Assembly: GCA_965215045.1 (NCBI GenBank) | Contig: OZ244031.1 | Location: forward strand, 1,476,807-1,540,806 | Reading direction: 5' to 3' | Length of the DNA: 64,000 nucleotides | Origin: Gammaproteobacteria bacterium | GTDB taxonomy: Bacteria; Pseudomonadota; Gammaproteobacteria; JABABF01 | In this document: piece after piece, positions 8,961 to 19,678 of the stretch | Layout of the letters: each line of letters opens with the position of its first letter | How positions within the stretch are numbered: position 1 is the stretch's first letter | Position numbers and translations under genes: made by a program | Notes under the pieces: model-generated | Databases searched by the model: none | Told to the model about the DNA's origin: nothing | Seen by the model: the letters and a program-made list of their open reading frames with translations, nothing else

Positions 8961-10858
8961 GTCGCATCAACCAGTTGGCGCCGCAACTGGCGAACCAGAT
9001 CGCCGCCGGCGAGGTGGTGGAACGCCCGGCATCGGTGGTCAAGGAATTGCTGGAAAACAGCCTGGATGCGGGTGCCCGCACGGTGGAGGTCGACATCGAG
9101 AAGGGCGGGGTCGGGCTGGTGCGGGTGCGCGATGACGGTGCCGGCATTCACCGCGATGACCTGGCCCTGGCGCTGGACCGCCACTCGACCAGCAAGATCG
9201 CCACGGCTGAAGACCTGGAGGCGGTGGCGAGCCTGGGATTTCGCGGCGAGGCACTGGCGAGCATTGTCTCGGTGTCGCGGCTTAAGATCAGTTCGCGCAC
9301 GGAGGATGCGGACAGCGGTTGGTGCATCGAGACCGAGGGCGGAATAGACCAGCCGAAGCCGCGTCCGGCGGCGCACCCGGCGGGCACCACGGTCGAGGTG
9401 CGCGAGCTGTTTTTCAATACGCCGGCGCGTCGGCGTTTCCTGCGCACCGAGAAAACCGAGTTCCGGCACTGTGAAAACGTGGTGCGCGGCCTGGCACTGG
9501 GGCGGTTTTCCAGTGCCTTCACCCTGAACCGGGATGGGCGCAAGGTGTTCAAAAGTCCGGTCTGTAAAGACCGCGAGTCCCGCGCGCGCCGGGTCGGTGC
9601 GGTGTGCGGCAAGCCCTTCCTGGAGAACGCGGTCCCCGTGGAGGCCGCAGACGGGGACCTGCAGTTGTGGGGTTGGGTGGCGCAGCCGACCTTTTCCCGC
9701 TCGCAGCCTGACGTGCAGTACCTGTTCGTCAACGGCCGTCACGTGCGCGACCGGCAACTGGCGCACGCGGTGCGGCAGGCCTACCGCGATGTCTTGTACC
9801 AGAACCGGCACCCGGCCTTTGTGCTCTACCTGGAGTTGCCGCCGGCGGAGGTCGATGTCAATGTCCATCCGACCAAGGCCGAGGTGCGTTTCCGCGACGG
9901 GCGGCGGGTGCATGATTTCGTGCTGCACGCACTGCACCGGACCATCGCCGAATTGCGCCCGGACACGCAACCCTCGCCGGCAGCGGTTTCCCTGCCGCCG
10001 CAAGCGGCGGGAGGGACTGCCGGTGGTGCCGACTCTCACACGGGGGCACTCAAACTGCAGCGTCCCGCGGCGTCTTCTGCCAACCGCGCCCGCTGGACGC
10101 AATTTGCCGCGGCGATGAGCGGGGAGACGCCGCCGGCGACGGCCCGCGCGGCCACGGGCGGTGCGGCACCCGGTGCGAAATCGGACGCGGCGATGCGAGA
10201 GCTGCGCGAAGACGGCATCCCCCCGGCCGCTGCTGTGCCATCCGCCGGGGAGGTACAGGAGGCGGATACTTCTCCGCCGCCGCTGGGCTATGCGCTGGCG
10301 CAACTCAAGGGGGTGTATATCCTGGCGGAGAACGCCGCGGGCCTGGTGCTGGTGGACATGCACGCCGCCCACGAGCGCATTGTCTACGAGGGTCTGAAAA
10401 GCGCGCGCGACGCCGGCGGGATCCAGGCGCAGGCACTGTTGCTGCCGCGGCAGATCCGGGTGAGCCGCGCCGAGGCCGATTGCGTGGAAGAACACGGCGA
10501 TGTGTTCGCCGGGCTGGGTTTCGAACTTTCCCGCAGCGGAGAGGAATCCCTGCTGGTACGCCAGGTGCCGGCATTGCTGGCAGAGGCGGACATCGAGCAG
10601 CTGGTGCGCGACGTGACCAGCGACCTGCAGGAGTTTGCGGACAGCACCCGCATCCGCGATGCGATGGACGAGTTGTTGTCTTCCATGGCCTGCCACGGCG
10701 CGGTGCGCGCCAACCGCGAACTCAATATCACGCAGATGAACGACCTGCTGCGCGACATGGAGCGCGTCGAACGCAGCGGGCAGTGCAACCACGGGCGCCC
10801 GACCTGGGTGCAGTACAACCTGGCGGAACTGGACCGCCTGTTCCTGCGCGGGCGCTGA
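8957..10858 (+). CDS. mutL: DNA mismatch repair endonuclease MutL
   Basis: [39 protein letters not shown] is the GHKL N-terminus. An ATGA overlap joins it to amiB. Confidence 0.95.
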   Translation: MSRINQLAPQLANQIAAGEVVERPASVVKELLENSLDAGARTVEVDIEKGGVGLVRVRDDGAGIHRDDLALALDRHSTSKIATAEDLEAVASLGFRGEALASIVSVSRLKISSRTEDADSGWCIETEGGIDQPKPRPAAHPAGTTVEVRELFFNTPARRRFLRTEKTEFRHCENVVRGLALGRFSSAFTLNRDGRKVFKSPVCKDRESRARRVGAVCGKPFLENAVPVEAADGDLQLWGWVAQPTFSRSQPDVQYLFVNGRHVRDRQLAHAVRQAYRDVLYQNRHPAFVLYLELPPAEVDVNVHPTKAEVRFRDGRRVHDFVLHALHRTIAELRPDTQPSPAAVSLPPQAAGGTAGGADSHTGALKLQRPAASSANRARWTQFAAAMSGETPPATARAATGGAAPGAKSDAAMRELREDGIPPAAAVPSAGEVQEADTSPPPLGYALAQLKGVYILAENAAGLVLVDMHAAHERIVYEGLKSARDAGGIQAQALLLPRQIRVSRAEADCVEEHGDVFAGLGFELSRSGEESLLVRQVPALLAEADIEQLVRDVTSDLQEFADSTRIRDAMDELLSSMACHGAVRANRELNITQMNDLLRDMERVERSGQCNHGRPTWVQYNLAELDRLFLRGR

Positions 10859-10886
10859 GGCGTCCGCACGCCCGGGCCGCACCGTC

Positions 10887-11816
10887 GTGTCCGCGCCGGT
10901 TGTGCTCCTGATGGGGCCCACCGCCTGCGGGAAATCCGAACTCGGCATCCGCCTGTGCGAGGAATTCTCCTGCGAGCTGGTCAGCGTCGACTCCGTGATG
11001 GTCTATCGTGGCCTGGACATCGGCACGGCCAAACCCTCCCGCGCCCTGCGGCGCAGGATTCCCCATCACCTGGTCGATATCCGCGACCCCTGGGAGGGGT
11101 ATTCGGCGGCGGATTTCTGCGCCGACGCGCGGGCGCAAATCACTGCGATTCACGCCCGCGGGCGCACGCCGCTGCTGGCGGGCGGGACGATGCTGTATTT
11201 TCATTCCCTGTTGTTCGGGCTCTCCGAACTGCCGCCGGCGGATGAGCAACTGCGCGCGGTGATCGACCGGGAGGCGGAGCAGCACGGCTGGGAGTTCCTG
11301 CACCGGGAATTGCAGCGGGTGGACCCGGAAAGTGCTGCGCGCATTCATCCGCGCCACAACCGCCGTCTGCAGCGGGCCCTGGAAGTGTACCGGCTCACGG
11401 GCATTCCGCCCAGTGCACTGCGCAATCGACGCCGGGGCGGCCTGCAGGACGATGATTTCCGGCTGTTGCAATGTGCCCTGCTGCCGCCACCGGCCGCCGA
11501 GTACCGCACGCGCCTTGCGGGGCGCTTTCTCTCCATGCTGGAGCGGGGCCTGGCAGGGGAGGTGCAGGCCCTGGCGGCGATGCGTGAGCCCGCTCCCGTG
11601 CATTCGGTGCGCGCTGCGGTCGGTTATCGCCAGGTCTGGGATTGGCTGGAACAGGGCGGTGCCCGCGAGGAGATGGTCCGGCGCGCCGTCGGTGCCACCC
11701 ATACCCTGGCGCGCCGCCAGATGAACTGGTTGCGCCGCTGGGAGGACCTGCACACCTTCGTCCCGGGGGCGCAGGATGCGGTTCCCCGGCAACTGCAGGC
11801 CTTCCTGGCCGGCTGA
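10887..11816 (+). CDS. miaA: tRNA dimethylallyltransferase
   Basis: LMGPTACGKSELGI...VSVDSVMVYRGLDIGTAKP...HHLVDI. Confidence 0.9.
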   Translation: MSAPVVLLMGPTACGKSELGIRLCEEFSCELVSVDSVMVYRGLDIGTAKPSRALRRRIPHHLVDIRDPWEGYSAADFCADARAQITAIHARGRTPLLAGGTMLYFHSLLFGLSELPPADEQLRAVIDREAEQHGWEFLHRELQRVDPESAARIHPRHNRRLQRALEVYRLTGIPPSALRNRRRGGLQDDDFRLLQCALLPPPAAEYRTRLAGRFLSMLERGLAGEVQALAAMREPAPVHSVRAAVGYRQVWDWLEQGGAREEMVRRAVGATHTLARRQMNWLRRWEDLHTFVPGAQDAVPRQLQAFLAG

Positions 11817-11913
11817 GGAGCCGAACGCAGCACCAGGTGCTTCGCAGCAACTGGCAGCCGGGGTGTCGGCACGGCTGTTCCGGGGTGGATTTGCACCGGG
11901 TGGCCGACGGGAC

Positions 11914-11942
11914 TTGCACAAATGTCCCCGATGTGCATTAAT
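11914..11942 (+). promoter_or_regulatory. candidate sigma70-type promoter (TTGCAC-N17-ATTAAT) upstream of hfq
   Basis: TTGCAC at 11914-11919, a 17-nt spacer, then ATTAAT at 11937-11942. This is a pattern match only. Confidence 0.35.
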
Positions 11943-11949
11943 CTCATTG

Positions 11950-12259
11950 ACTGATGGGGCGGCGGATGAAAATGCCCCCCGTATGTGAAAAAAGGGTGAG
12001 AGGAGGTAAAAAGGTGGCTGCGCTGCATATAGAGATTGAGAGGGGGAAGCAAGATATTTCACGGAGTGTCGCAATGAAAAGTGGTGAGAGACGAATGGAA
12101 GAGGGGGAATAAGAGGGGGAATCAAAGGGTATAGAGCAGAAAGAGGGATACAATGCACGCCAGAGGAGAGGGGGGAGAACAGGACCCGACACGGGGCCCT
12201 ACGGCATCGCTTAAAAAAATTGCAGACCGATTCGCCCGGGGCATCGCACTGAGTTGATC
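11950..12259 (+). promoter_or_regulatory. long purine-rich (A/G) leader/intergenic region preceding hfq
   Basis: The plus strand reads ...gaaaaaagggtgagaggaggtaaaaagg...gagagggggaagcaag...gaagagggggaataagagggggaatcaaaggg...agaggagaggggggagaacagg. It has strong strand-asymmetric purine bias and no convincing ORF. Confidence 0.4.
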
Positions 12260-12574
12260 ATGCAGACCGCCCCGTCTCTACCCGACGTCCACGAGGCATT
12301 CCTGGATGGCTTGTGCAAGCAGCGCACCCCGGTGACGATTTACCTGGTCAACGGCGTCCGGATCACGGGTGAGATCGACAAGTTTGACCAGACTTCCATC
12401 GTCCTGCGCAGCCAGCATGCCCCGCAGTACGACGTGTCGTCCGAGATCGGCACGTCGCGCAAAAGAATTATTTTCAAACATGTCATCTCCACCGTGCTGG
12501 CACAAGACGATGCAGAGCACGCAGAGGAGTATTCAATGTCCTATCGAAAAAATCATCGGAGCATAAGACCATGA
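12260..12574 (+). CDS. hfq: Hfq-family RNA chaperone, paralog 1 (insertion between Sm1 and Sm2)
   Basis: FLDGLCKQRTPVTIYLVNGVRITGEIDKFDQTSIVL ... FKHVISTV. The ATG is at 12260 (the ORF-track start is TTG at 12254). Confidence 0.8.
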   Translation: MQTAPSLPDVHEAFLDGLCKQRTPVTIYLVNGVRITGEIDKFDQTSIVLRSQHAPQYDVSSEIGTSRKRIIFKHVISTVLAQDDAEHAEEYSMSYRKNHRSIRP

Positions 12575-13068
12575 ATCATCCTTTCAATATTCACAGGCCT
12601 TTTCTCGACGCCTTGCGCAGGGAGGGCACGCCGGTAGTCATCTACCTGGTCAACGGGGTTAAGCTGGAGGGCGAGATCGACAGTTTTGACGATGCGGCCG
12701 TCATCCTGCGCCGGGGCGGTTACCAGGATGCGTCGCAGGGCAGTGCTGCCGCGCAGAAGAGGATGATTTTCCGGCATGCGATTTCCACCGTGTTTCCCCT
12801 GGGCCCCGTGCATTTTTCTCCGGAGGGTCGCCGGCCCGCTCGCGAGCCGTACGAAAACCGCGGGTATTCCGGTCCGAACCGCCGCCGCTATCCGCCGCAG
12901 GTTCGAACGGGCGGCGGCGGCGGCGGCGGTTACTCCCGGCAGCGGCCACCCGAACCGGGCAACGAATCCCGCGATGAATACAGCGAGAATTACCGCACCG
13001 AGCCGGATTACCAGGAGGCACCCGTCAGCAGTGGCCACAAGAGACACTGGAGTGAAGAACAGGAATAA
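12571..13068 (+). CDS. hfq: Hfq-family RNA chaperone, paralog 2 (insertion between Sm1 and Sm2, long R/G/Y/E-rich tail)
   Basis: FLDALRREGTPVVIYLVNGVKLEGEIDSFDDAAVIL ... FRHAISTV. An ATGA overlap joins it to paralog 1. Confidence 0.8.
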   Translation: MNHPFNIHRPFLDALRREGTPVVIYLVNGVKLEGEIDSFDDAAVILRRGGYQDASQGSAAAQKRMIFRHAISTVFPLGPVHFSPEGRRPAREPYENRGYSGPNRRRYPPQVRTGGGGGGGYSRQRPPEPGNESRDEYSENYRTEPDYQEAPVSSGHKRHWSEEQE

Positions 13069-13116
13069 GCCCCGCTTCTCACATCGCGTCCGGGTCTCCG
13101 GTCGGGTCGGGACTGC

Positions 13117-14370
13117 ATGAAAGAACGTCCCGGCGACCGGCGGGACGCCTCTGCCGTCGGTGAAAACGCGGTCCTGGTTTTGTTCGGCGAGCCCCGGGAG
13201 GAGCGGGCGGAATTCCGCCAGCTGGCGCGCACGGCCGGTGCCCGGGTGCAGGCGGAACTGGTGTGCGTCCAGGCCAGGCCACAGCCCCGCGGTTACATCG
13301 GCAGCGGCAAGCAGGAAGAACTCAAGCGTTTGCTGGTGCAGCAGGAAGCGCAGCTGGTGCTGTTCAACGCGGAGCTGCGCCCCGGGCAGGTGCGCAACCT
13401 GGAGCGCGCCCTGGATGCCCGCGTGGTCGATCGCACCGGCCTGATTCTCGATATCTTTGCCACCCGCGCCCGCAGTTACGAGGGCAAGTTGCAGGTGGAG
13501 CTCGCCCAGTTGCAATACCTGAGCACCCGCCTGGTGCGCGGCTGGACGCACCTGGAGCGCCAGCGCGGCGGCATCGGCATGCGCGGGCCGGGGGAGGCGC
13601 AGCTGGAAGCAGACCGGCGCATGATGCGCCGGCGCATTCGCGCGCTGGAGCGGCGCCTGGAACAGGTGCGCCGCACCCGCGAGCAGGGCCGTCGCGGACG
13701 CCGCCGCGCCGCATTGCCGCTGATCAGCCTGGTCGGCGAAACCAACGCGGGCAAGTCGACCTTGTTCAACCGCCTGAGCGGTGCCCAGGTGTACACGGCA
13801 GACCGCTTGTTTTCCACGCTGGACACCACCCTGCGGCGCATTGAATTACCCGGCGGCCAGGCGGCAATCCTGGCCGACACGGTCGGCTTCATCCGCCGTC
13901 TGCCGCACTCGCTGGTGAATGCCTTTCATGCCACCTTGGAAGAGGTGGCGGAGTCAGACCTGCTGCTGCACGTGGTCGATGTCTCTTGCGAGCGTCCGCC
14001 GGCGGTGATCGTGCAGGAAAACCGCAAGGTGCTGGAAGAAATTGGTGCCGGGGAACTGCCGTGTATCGTGGTCTGCAACAAGCTCGACCAGCTGCCCGCA
14101 TCGATGTCCTGGCCGTGGAATGGCACCGGCCCCCGGGACCATGTATGCATCTCCGCTGCCGATGGCGATGGCTGTGAAGCCTTGCTGGAGGCGATTTGTG
14201 CGCAGCTGTACGGCGGCACGCAGGTCGAAACGGTGCACCTGGACCCGCGGCAGGGTGCCGTGCGCGCCTCCTTGTACCGGCGCGGCATGGTGCTGGCCGA
14301 GCACTGCGATGCAGAGGGCGGCATGGTACTGCAGGTGCGGGACCGGAAAAAAAGCGGTGTGCCGTCTTGA
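13117..14370 (+). CDS. hflX: ribosome-associated GTPase HflX
   Basis: LVGETNAGKSTLFN, DTVGFIRRLPHSLV and NKLD motifs. It sits downstream of hfq. Confidence 0.9.
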   Translation: MKERPGDRRDASAVGENAVLVLFGEPREERAEFRQLARTAGARVQAELVCVQARPQPRGYIGSGKQEELKRLLVQQEAQLVLFNAELRPGQVRNLERALDARVVDRTGLILDIFATRARSYEGKLQVELAQLQYLSTRLVRGWTHLERQRGGIGMRGPGEAQLEADRRMMRRRIRALERRLEQVRRTREQGRRGRRRAALPLISLVGETNAGKSTLFNRLSGAQVYTADRLFSTLDTTLRRIELPGGQAAILADTVGFIRRLPHSLVNAFHATLEEVAESDLLLHVVDVSCERPPAVIVQENRKVLEEIGAGELPCIVVCNKLDQLPASMSWPWNGTGPRDHVCISAADGDGCEALLEAICAQLYGGTQVETVHLDPRQGAVRASLYRRGMVLAEHCDAEGGMVLQVRDRKKSGVPS

Positions 14371-14463
14371 ATTTGAATTGTGCCGTTTTCTGCTAAAATG
14401 CATTTTGCCCTGCGGCATGACCCAGGGCCGGTTCCCCGGTAATCGGTAATTAATATTTTTCTC

Positions 14464-15573
14464 ATGGCATGGGATAAACCTTCAGGCGACCAGAAGCCCA
14501 ACGATTCTTGGGGGGGTGGCTCCGCAGACTTTTCCGGAGCGTTTCAATCCCTGAAAAAGATCCTCGACAATTTCGGCCAGGGCGGCGGCTCCGGCTGGCG
14601 CACCACCCTGGGGCTGACCGTCGTGGCAGCACTGGTCTGGGGCTTGTTCGGCATCTACCAGCTGGACCAGCAGGAACGCGCGGTCATTTTGCGTTTCGGC
14701 AAGTTTCATAACGTGGTGCAACCCGGCCTGCGCTGGAACCCGCCGCTGATCGACCGCGTGCACAAGATCAACGTCACCAAGGTCTACTCGCAGCCGTACA
14801 ACGGCCAGATGCTGACCGAGGACGAGAACATCGTCGACATCAAGATCACGGTGCAGTACCGGGTCTCCGACCCCAAGCAGTTCGTGCTCCGGGTGCGCGA
14901 CCCGATCCGCAGCCTGCAGCACGCCATCGAGAGTGCCCTGCGTCACGTGGTGGGCGGCACGATCATCGACCAGGTGATCACCCTGGGCCGTGAGCAGGTG
15001 GCCATCGATGTGCGCGGCCGTCTGCAGACTTACCTGGATGTCTACGAGACCGGCATTTCTGTTTTCCAGGTGAACATCAACGAGGCCGACCCGCCCCAGG
15101 ACGTCAAGGGTGCTTTTGATGATGTCAACCGGGCACTGGAGGACGAGGAGCGCTACAAGAACGAGGCCGAGGCCTACGCCAACGAGGTGGTGCCCCGGGC
15201 GCGCGGTTATGCCAAGCGCGCCCTCGAGGAGGCGGAGGCCTATCGCCAGGAGGTGATTGCCCGCGCCGAGGGCGAGGCGACCCGCTTTCAGAAATTGCTC
15301 GATGAATACCGCAAGGCACCGCTGGTGACGCGCAAACGTTTGTACCTGGATGCGGTGCAGAGCGTGCTGGGCAAAACTTCCAAGGTGATGGTCGATGTCG
15401 AAGAGGGCGGCAACCTGTTGTACCTGCCGCTGGACCAGTTGCGCCGGGGGTCGTCCGCCGGGGATATGGACGGCGAGGTCTTGAACCCGTCCCAGATGCG
15501 TGACCTGGTGCAGGAGGTGTCGCAGCGCCTGGAGCGCGCCCGGGGAACCCAGAGAAAGAGGGCGACACGATGA
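14464..15573 (+). CDS. hflK: FtsH protease modulator HflK
   Basis: An SPFH/band-7 domain with one N-terminal TM helix. The hflX-hflK-hflC gene order is conserved. Confidence 0.9.
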   Translation: MAWDKPSGDQKPNDSWGGGSADFSGAFQSLKKILDNFGQGGGSGWRTTLGLTVVAALVWGLFGIYQLDQQERAVILRFGKFHNVVQPGLRWNPPLIDRVHKINVTKVYSQPYNGQMLTEDENIVDIKITVQYRVSDPKQFVLRVRDPIRSLQHAIESALRHVVGGTIIDQVITLGREQVAIDVRGRLQTYLDVYETGISVFQVNINEADPPQDVKGAFDDVNRALEDEERYKNEAEAYANEVVPRARGYAKRALEEAEAYRQEVIARAEGEATRFQKLLDEYRKAPLVTRKRLYLDAVQSVLGKTSKVMVDVEEGGNLLYLPLDQLRRGSSAGDMDGEVLNPSQMRDLVQEVSQRLERARGTQRKRATR

Positions 15574-16448
15574 GTCCCCGGTTGGTAATGGTCCTGGGCC
15601 TGGTCCTGGTATTGCTGCTGATCGCCTCCGGCAGCCTGTTCGTGATCAAGGAAACCGAGCGGGCGGTCATGCTCCGCTTCGGCGAACTGGTGGAGCCCAA
15701 TATCAGACCCGGCCTGCACGTGAAAGTGCCGCTGATGCACACGGTGCGCAAGTTCGACGGCCGCCTGCTGACAGTGGATTCCCGCCCGGAGCGTTTTCTC
15801 ACCCAGGAAAAGAAATTTCTCTCGGTGGACTCCTACGCCAAGTGGCGCATTCACAACGTCGCCCGCTATTACACGGCGACCAACGGCGAGGAACTGCGCG
15901 CGCGCCAGTTGCTGGCACAGCGCATCAACAACGGCCTGCGCAACCAGTTCGGCGAGCGCACCATGCACGAGGTGGTCTCCGGTGAGCGGGATGAACTGAT
16001 GGTGGACATGCGGCGCAAGCTCGATGAGGTCACCCGCGAGGAACTGGGCATCGAGGTGGTGGACGTGCGTGTCAAGCGCATCGATCTGCCGGTGGACGTC
16101 AGCGAGTCGGTGTTTGCACGCATGCGCGCCGAACGCGAACGCGAAGCGCGCGAGCATCGCTCCCAGGGCAAGGAACAGGCCGAGGGCATTCGCGCAGCCG
16201 CGGACCGCGAGAAAATTGTTATCGAGGCGAACGCCTACCGCGAGGCGGAAAAATTGCGCGGCGATGGCGATGCGCGGGCGGCGGCGATCTACTCGGATGC
16301 TTTCCTGGGCGACCCCGAGTTCTATGCGTTCACGCGCAGTCTCAAGGCATACCTGGAGGCCTTCTCCGGCGAGAATGACCTGCTGCTGATCAAGCCGGAC
16401 AGCGATTTTTTTCGCTACCTGAAGAATGCAGACGGCAGCCCGCCCTGA
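15570..16448 (+). CDS. hflC: FtsH protease modulator HflC
   Basis: An SPFH domain. An ATGA overlap joins it to hflK. Confidence 0.9.
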   Translation: MSPRLVMVLGLVLVLLLIASGSLFVIKETERAVMLRFGELVEPNIRPGLHVKVPLMHTVRKFDGRLLTVDSRPERFLTQEKKFLSVDSYAKWRIHNVARYYTATNGEELRARQLLAQRINNGLRNQFGERTMHEVVSGERDELMVDMRRKLDEVTREELGIEVVDVRVKRIDLPVDVSESVFARMRAEREREAREHRSQGKEQAEGIRAAADREKIVIEANAYREAEKLRGDGDARAAAIYSDAFLGDPEFYAFTRSLKAYLEAFSGENDLLLIKPDSDFFRYLKNADGSPP

Positions 16449-17616
16449 ACCCTGCGAACTGCCTGACAGCGTAGAGGAACTTTACCCGGCGCCGGCGGCG
16501 CGTTTTGAAGAGTTGCGGCGCACGCTGCTGGACCTGTTTTTCAGCTGGGGCTACCGCCTGGTGGTCCCGCCCCTGTTGGAATATGCCGGCACCGCACCCC
16601 AGGCTCGCGCCCGCGACCTGGAGGAGATCAGCTTCCGGCTGCGCGACGGTATGAGTCCCCGGGACCTGCTGCTGCGCGCCGACCTCACCTTGCAGACCGC
16701 GCGCATGGACGCCCTGGACACCGAGCCCGGTGTCAACCGCTTCTGCTATGCCGGCCCGGTGTTGCACGCCCAGCCGCGCGACCTGCTGGCCTCCCGCGAG
16801 CCTTTTCATGTCGGTGCCGAGCTCTACGGCTCGGACACCGTGGAGGCGGACCGCGAACTGATCGTCATCATGGCCGAAAGCCTGTTGCTGGCAGGTATTT
16901 CCAAGCTGTGCCTGGATTTCGGCCATGTCGGCATTTACCGTGCCCTGGTCGCCGCAGCAGACCTGGATGCAGCACAAGAGGAACGGCTCTTTGACGCACT
17001 GCAGCGCAAGGCGGAGACGGAGATCCGCGCCGCCGTCGCCGATTGTCCGGCGAAAAAGAACCAGGAAGTGGAAATGCTCTGCATCCTGTCGTCCTTGCAC
17101 GGTGATCGCGAAGTGCTGGAGACGGCGCGCCGCTTGCTGGCTGCCGCCCCGCCGGAAGTGGCAGTCGCCATCGACCGCCTGGAGGCCTTCGCCGATGCCC
17201 TGGGGGAATGGATGCCCGATGTGCAGTGTTATTTTGACCTGGGCGAACTGCGCGGCTACCGCTATCACACCGGCGTGGTCTTCGCCGCTTATGCCGGGGA
17301 CGGCGGCGCGGCACTGGCGAACGGCGGGCGCTGTGATGGCATTGGCGCCGCGTACGGCCGTGCCCGCGCCTCCGTGGGTTTCCACGTGGACCTGCGCGCG
17401 CTGTTGCCCCTGGGCGGAGAATTTCCCGCCGGGAACGGCATCCGGGTGCCCGTCGAACTGCCGCGCGATGAAGAGCTGTACGCAGAGGTCTACCGGCTGC
17501 GCCAGGCCGGGGAGCGGGTCGTGGTGGAACTCCCCGGGGAGGAGGGCGGCGTGGGCTGCTCGCGCGTGCTGCAACGGGCGAAGCAGGGCTGGCAGGTCGT
17601 TCCGGACGGGGATTGA
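16426..17616 (+). CDS. hisZ: ATP phosphoribosyltransferase regulatory subunit
   Basis: A class-II aaRS-like HisZ pattern (LLDLFFSWGYRLVVPPLLEY, FRLRD). Its position between hflC and purA matches many proteobacteria. Confidence 0.8.
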   Translation: MQTAARPEPCELPDSVEELYPAPAARFEELRRTLLDLFFSWGYRLVVPPLLEYAGTAPQARARDLEEISFRLRDGMSPRDLLLRADLTLQTARMDALDTEPGVNRFCYAGPVLHAQPRDLLASREPFHVGAELYGSDTVEADRELIVIMAESLLLAGISKLCLDFGHVGIYRALVAAADLDAAQEERLFDALQRKAETEIRAAVADCPAKKNQEVEMLCILSSLHGDREVLETARRLLAAAPPEVAVAIDRLEAFADALGEWMPDVQCYFDLGELRGYRYHTGVVFAAYAGDGGAALANGGRCDGIGAAYGRARASVGFHVDLRALLPLGGEFPAGNGIRVPVELPRDEELYAEVYRLRQAGERVVVELPGEEGGVGCSRVLQRAKQGWQVVPDGD

Positions 17617-17654
17617 GCACCGCTCTGCACGGGGCGGGCGCGCGCAAACAGTAG

Positions 17655-18920
<1,266 letters not shown>

Positions 18921-19003
18921 TCTTCAAACCTCCTTCCCGTCCGCTCTTGCGACAGGCTGCGGTGCCCGGTGCACGGGGAACCGCGCCCGTCCCGAACCGG
19001 TTT

Positions 19004-19678
19004 TCAGATTGCACCTCCCGGACGGGGTTGCAGATTGCCGTCTTCATCGAAACAGGATTCTGCTGTCCCCGGAAAATTTTTAATGAGTTCTCGTTTGACT
19101 TTGGGATGTTGCTCAAAAACGGTCAACCAGACGGAAAAGAAACCCTTGGCGACAGCAGTGTCAATCATAAAATCGAAAAATTCAGGATACACTTCAGCAG
19201 AAGATTGATAATGACGTAAAAACTTTTTTGCAAACTTCCATGCATCATTGCGATCTTCCCATCGGCGATCGGTTCTTTTTTTAGGAGGGCGGTCCAAGTC
19301 TGTCAATTCGAGCAATTTCCGGGCGCGCTTTTGCAGGGGTGCAGACAAATTTTCATTGGCGCGTACGAACCCGCCCCGTGAATATTCCAGTGCCAACAGG
19401 GTGTTATCCCGGTCCGGCCACAGGATGTCTTTATCGTCCACGTCCTCGTCGCCCTTGCTTGAATTGCAGTTTGCACAAGCCAGTAAAAAATTATCCCATT
19501 CCAGTTTCAGTTCCGAAAATTTGCTTTTGGGTTTCTTGTGTTCCACATGCAGGCTGGCAAGGATAGGGCGTTCACAGTAACTGCAATACCTGCCTAAACG
19601 ATCTTCAAGATCTGGTTTTGCCTCGCGGTAATGGCGGTAAGAATCGGAGGGGGCATCACCTCGTGTGACGGGTCTCAT
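19004..19678 (-). CDS. ptuB: HNH endonuclease, Septu PtuB-like (TIGR02646-type)
   Basis: CSYCERPILASLHVEHKKPKS....WDNFLLACANCNSSKG is an HNH motif. The ATGA overlap with the upstream ATPase gene is typical of this pair. Confidence 0.75.
   Translation of the reverse strand: MRPVTRGDAPSDSYRHYREAKPDLEDRLGRYCSYCERPILASLHVEHKKPKSKFSELKLEWDNFLLACANCNSSKGDEDVDDKDILWPDRDNTLLALEYSRGGFVRANENLSAPLQKRARKLLELTDLDRPPKKRTDRRWEDRNDAWKFAKKFLRHYQSSAEVYPEFFDFMIDTAVAKGFFSVWLTVFEQHPKVKRELIKNFPGTAESCFDEDGNLQPRPGGAI

Noticed and set aside
8804-10948. 714-aa minus-strand ORF antisense to mutL
   Set aside because: A shadow ORF: it shows no recognisable motifs, and mutL on the plus strand is unambiguous.
12553-13551. 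332-aa minus-strand ORF across hfq-2 and hflX
   Set aside because: It is antisense to two conserved genes and spans their intergenic gap, and its composition is typical of shadow ORFs.
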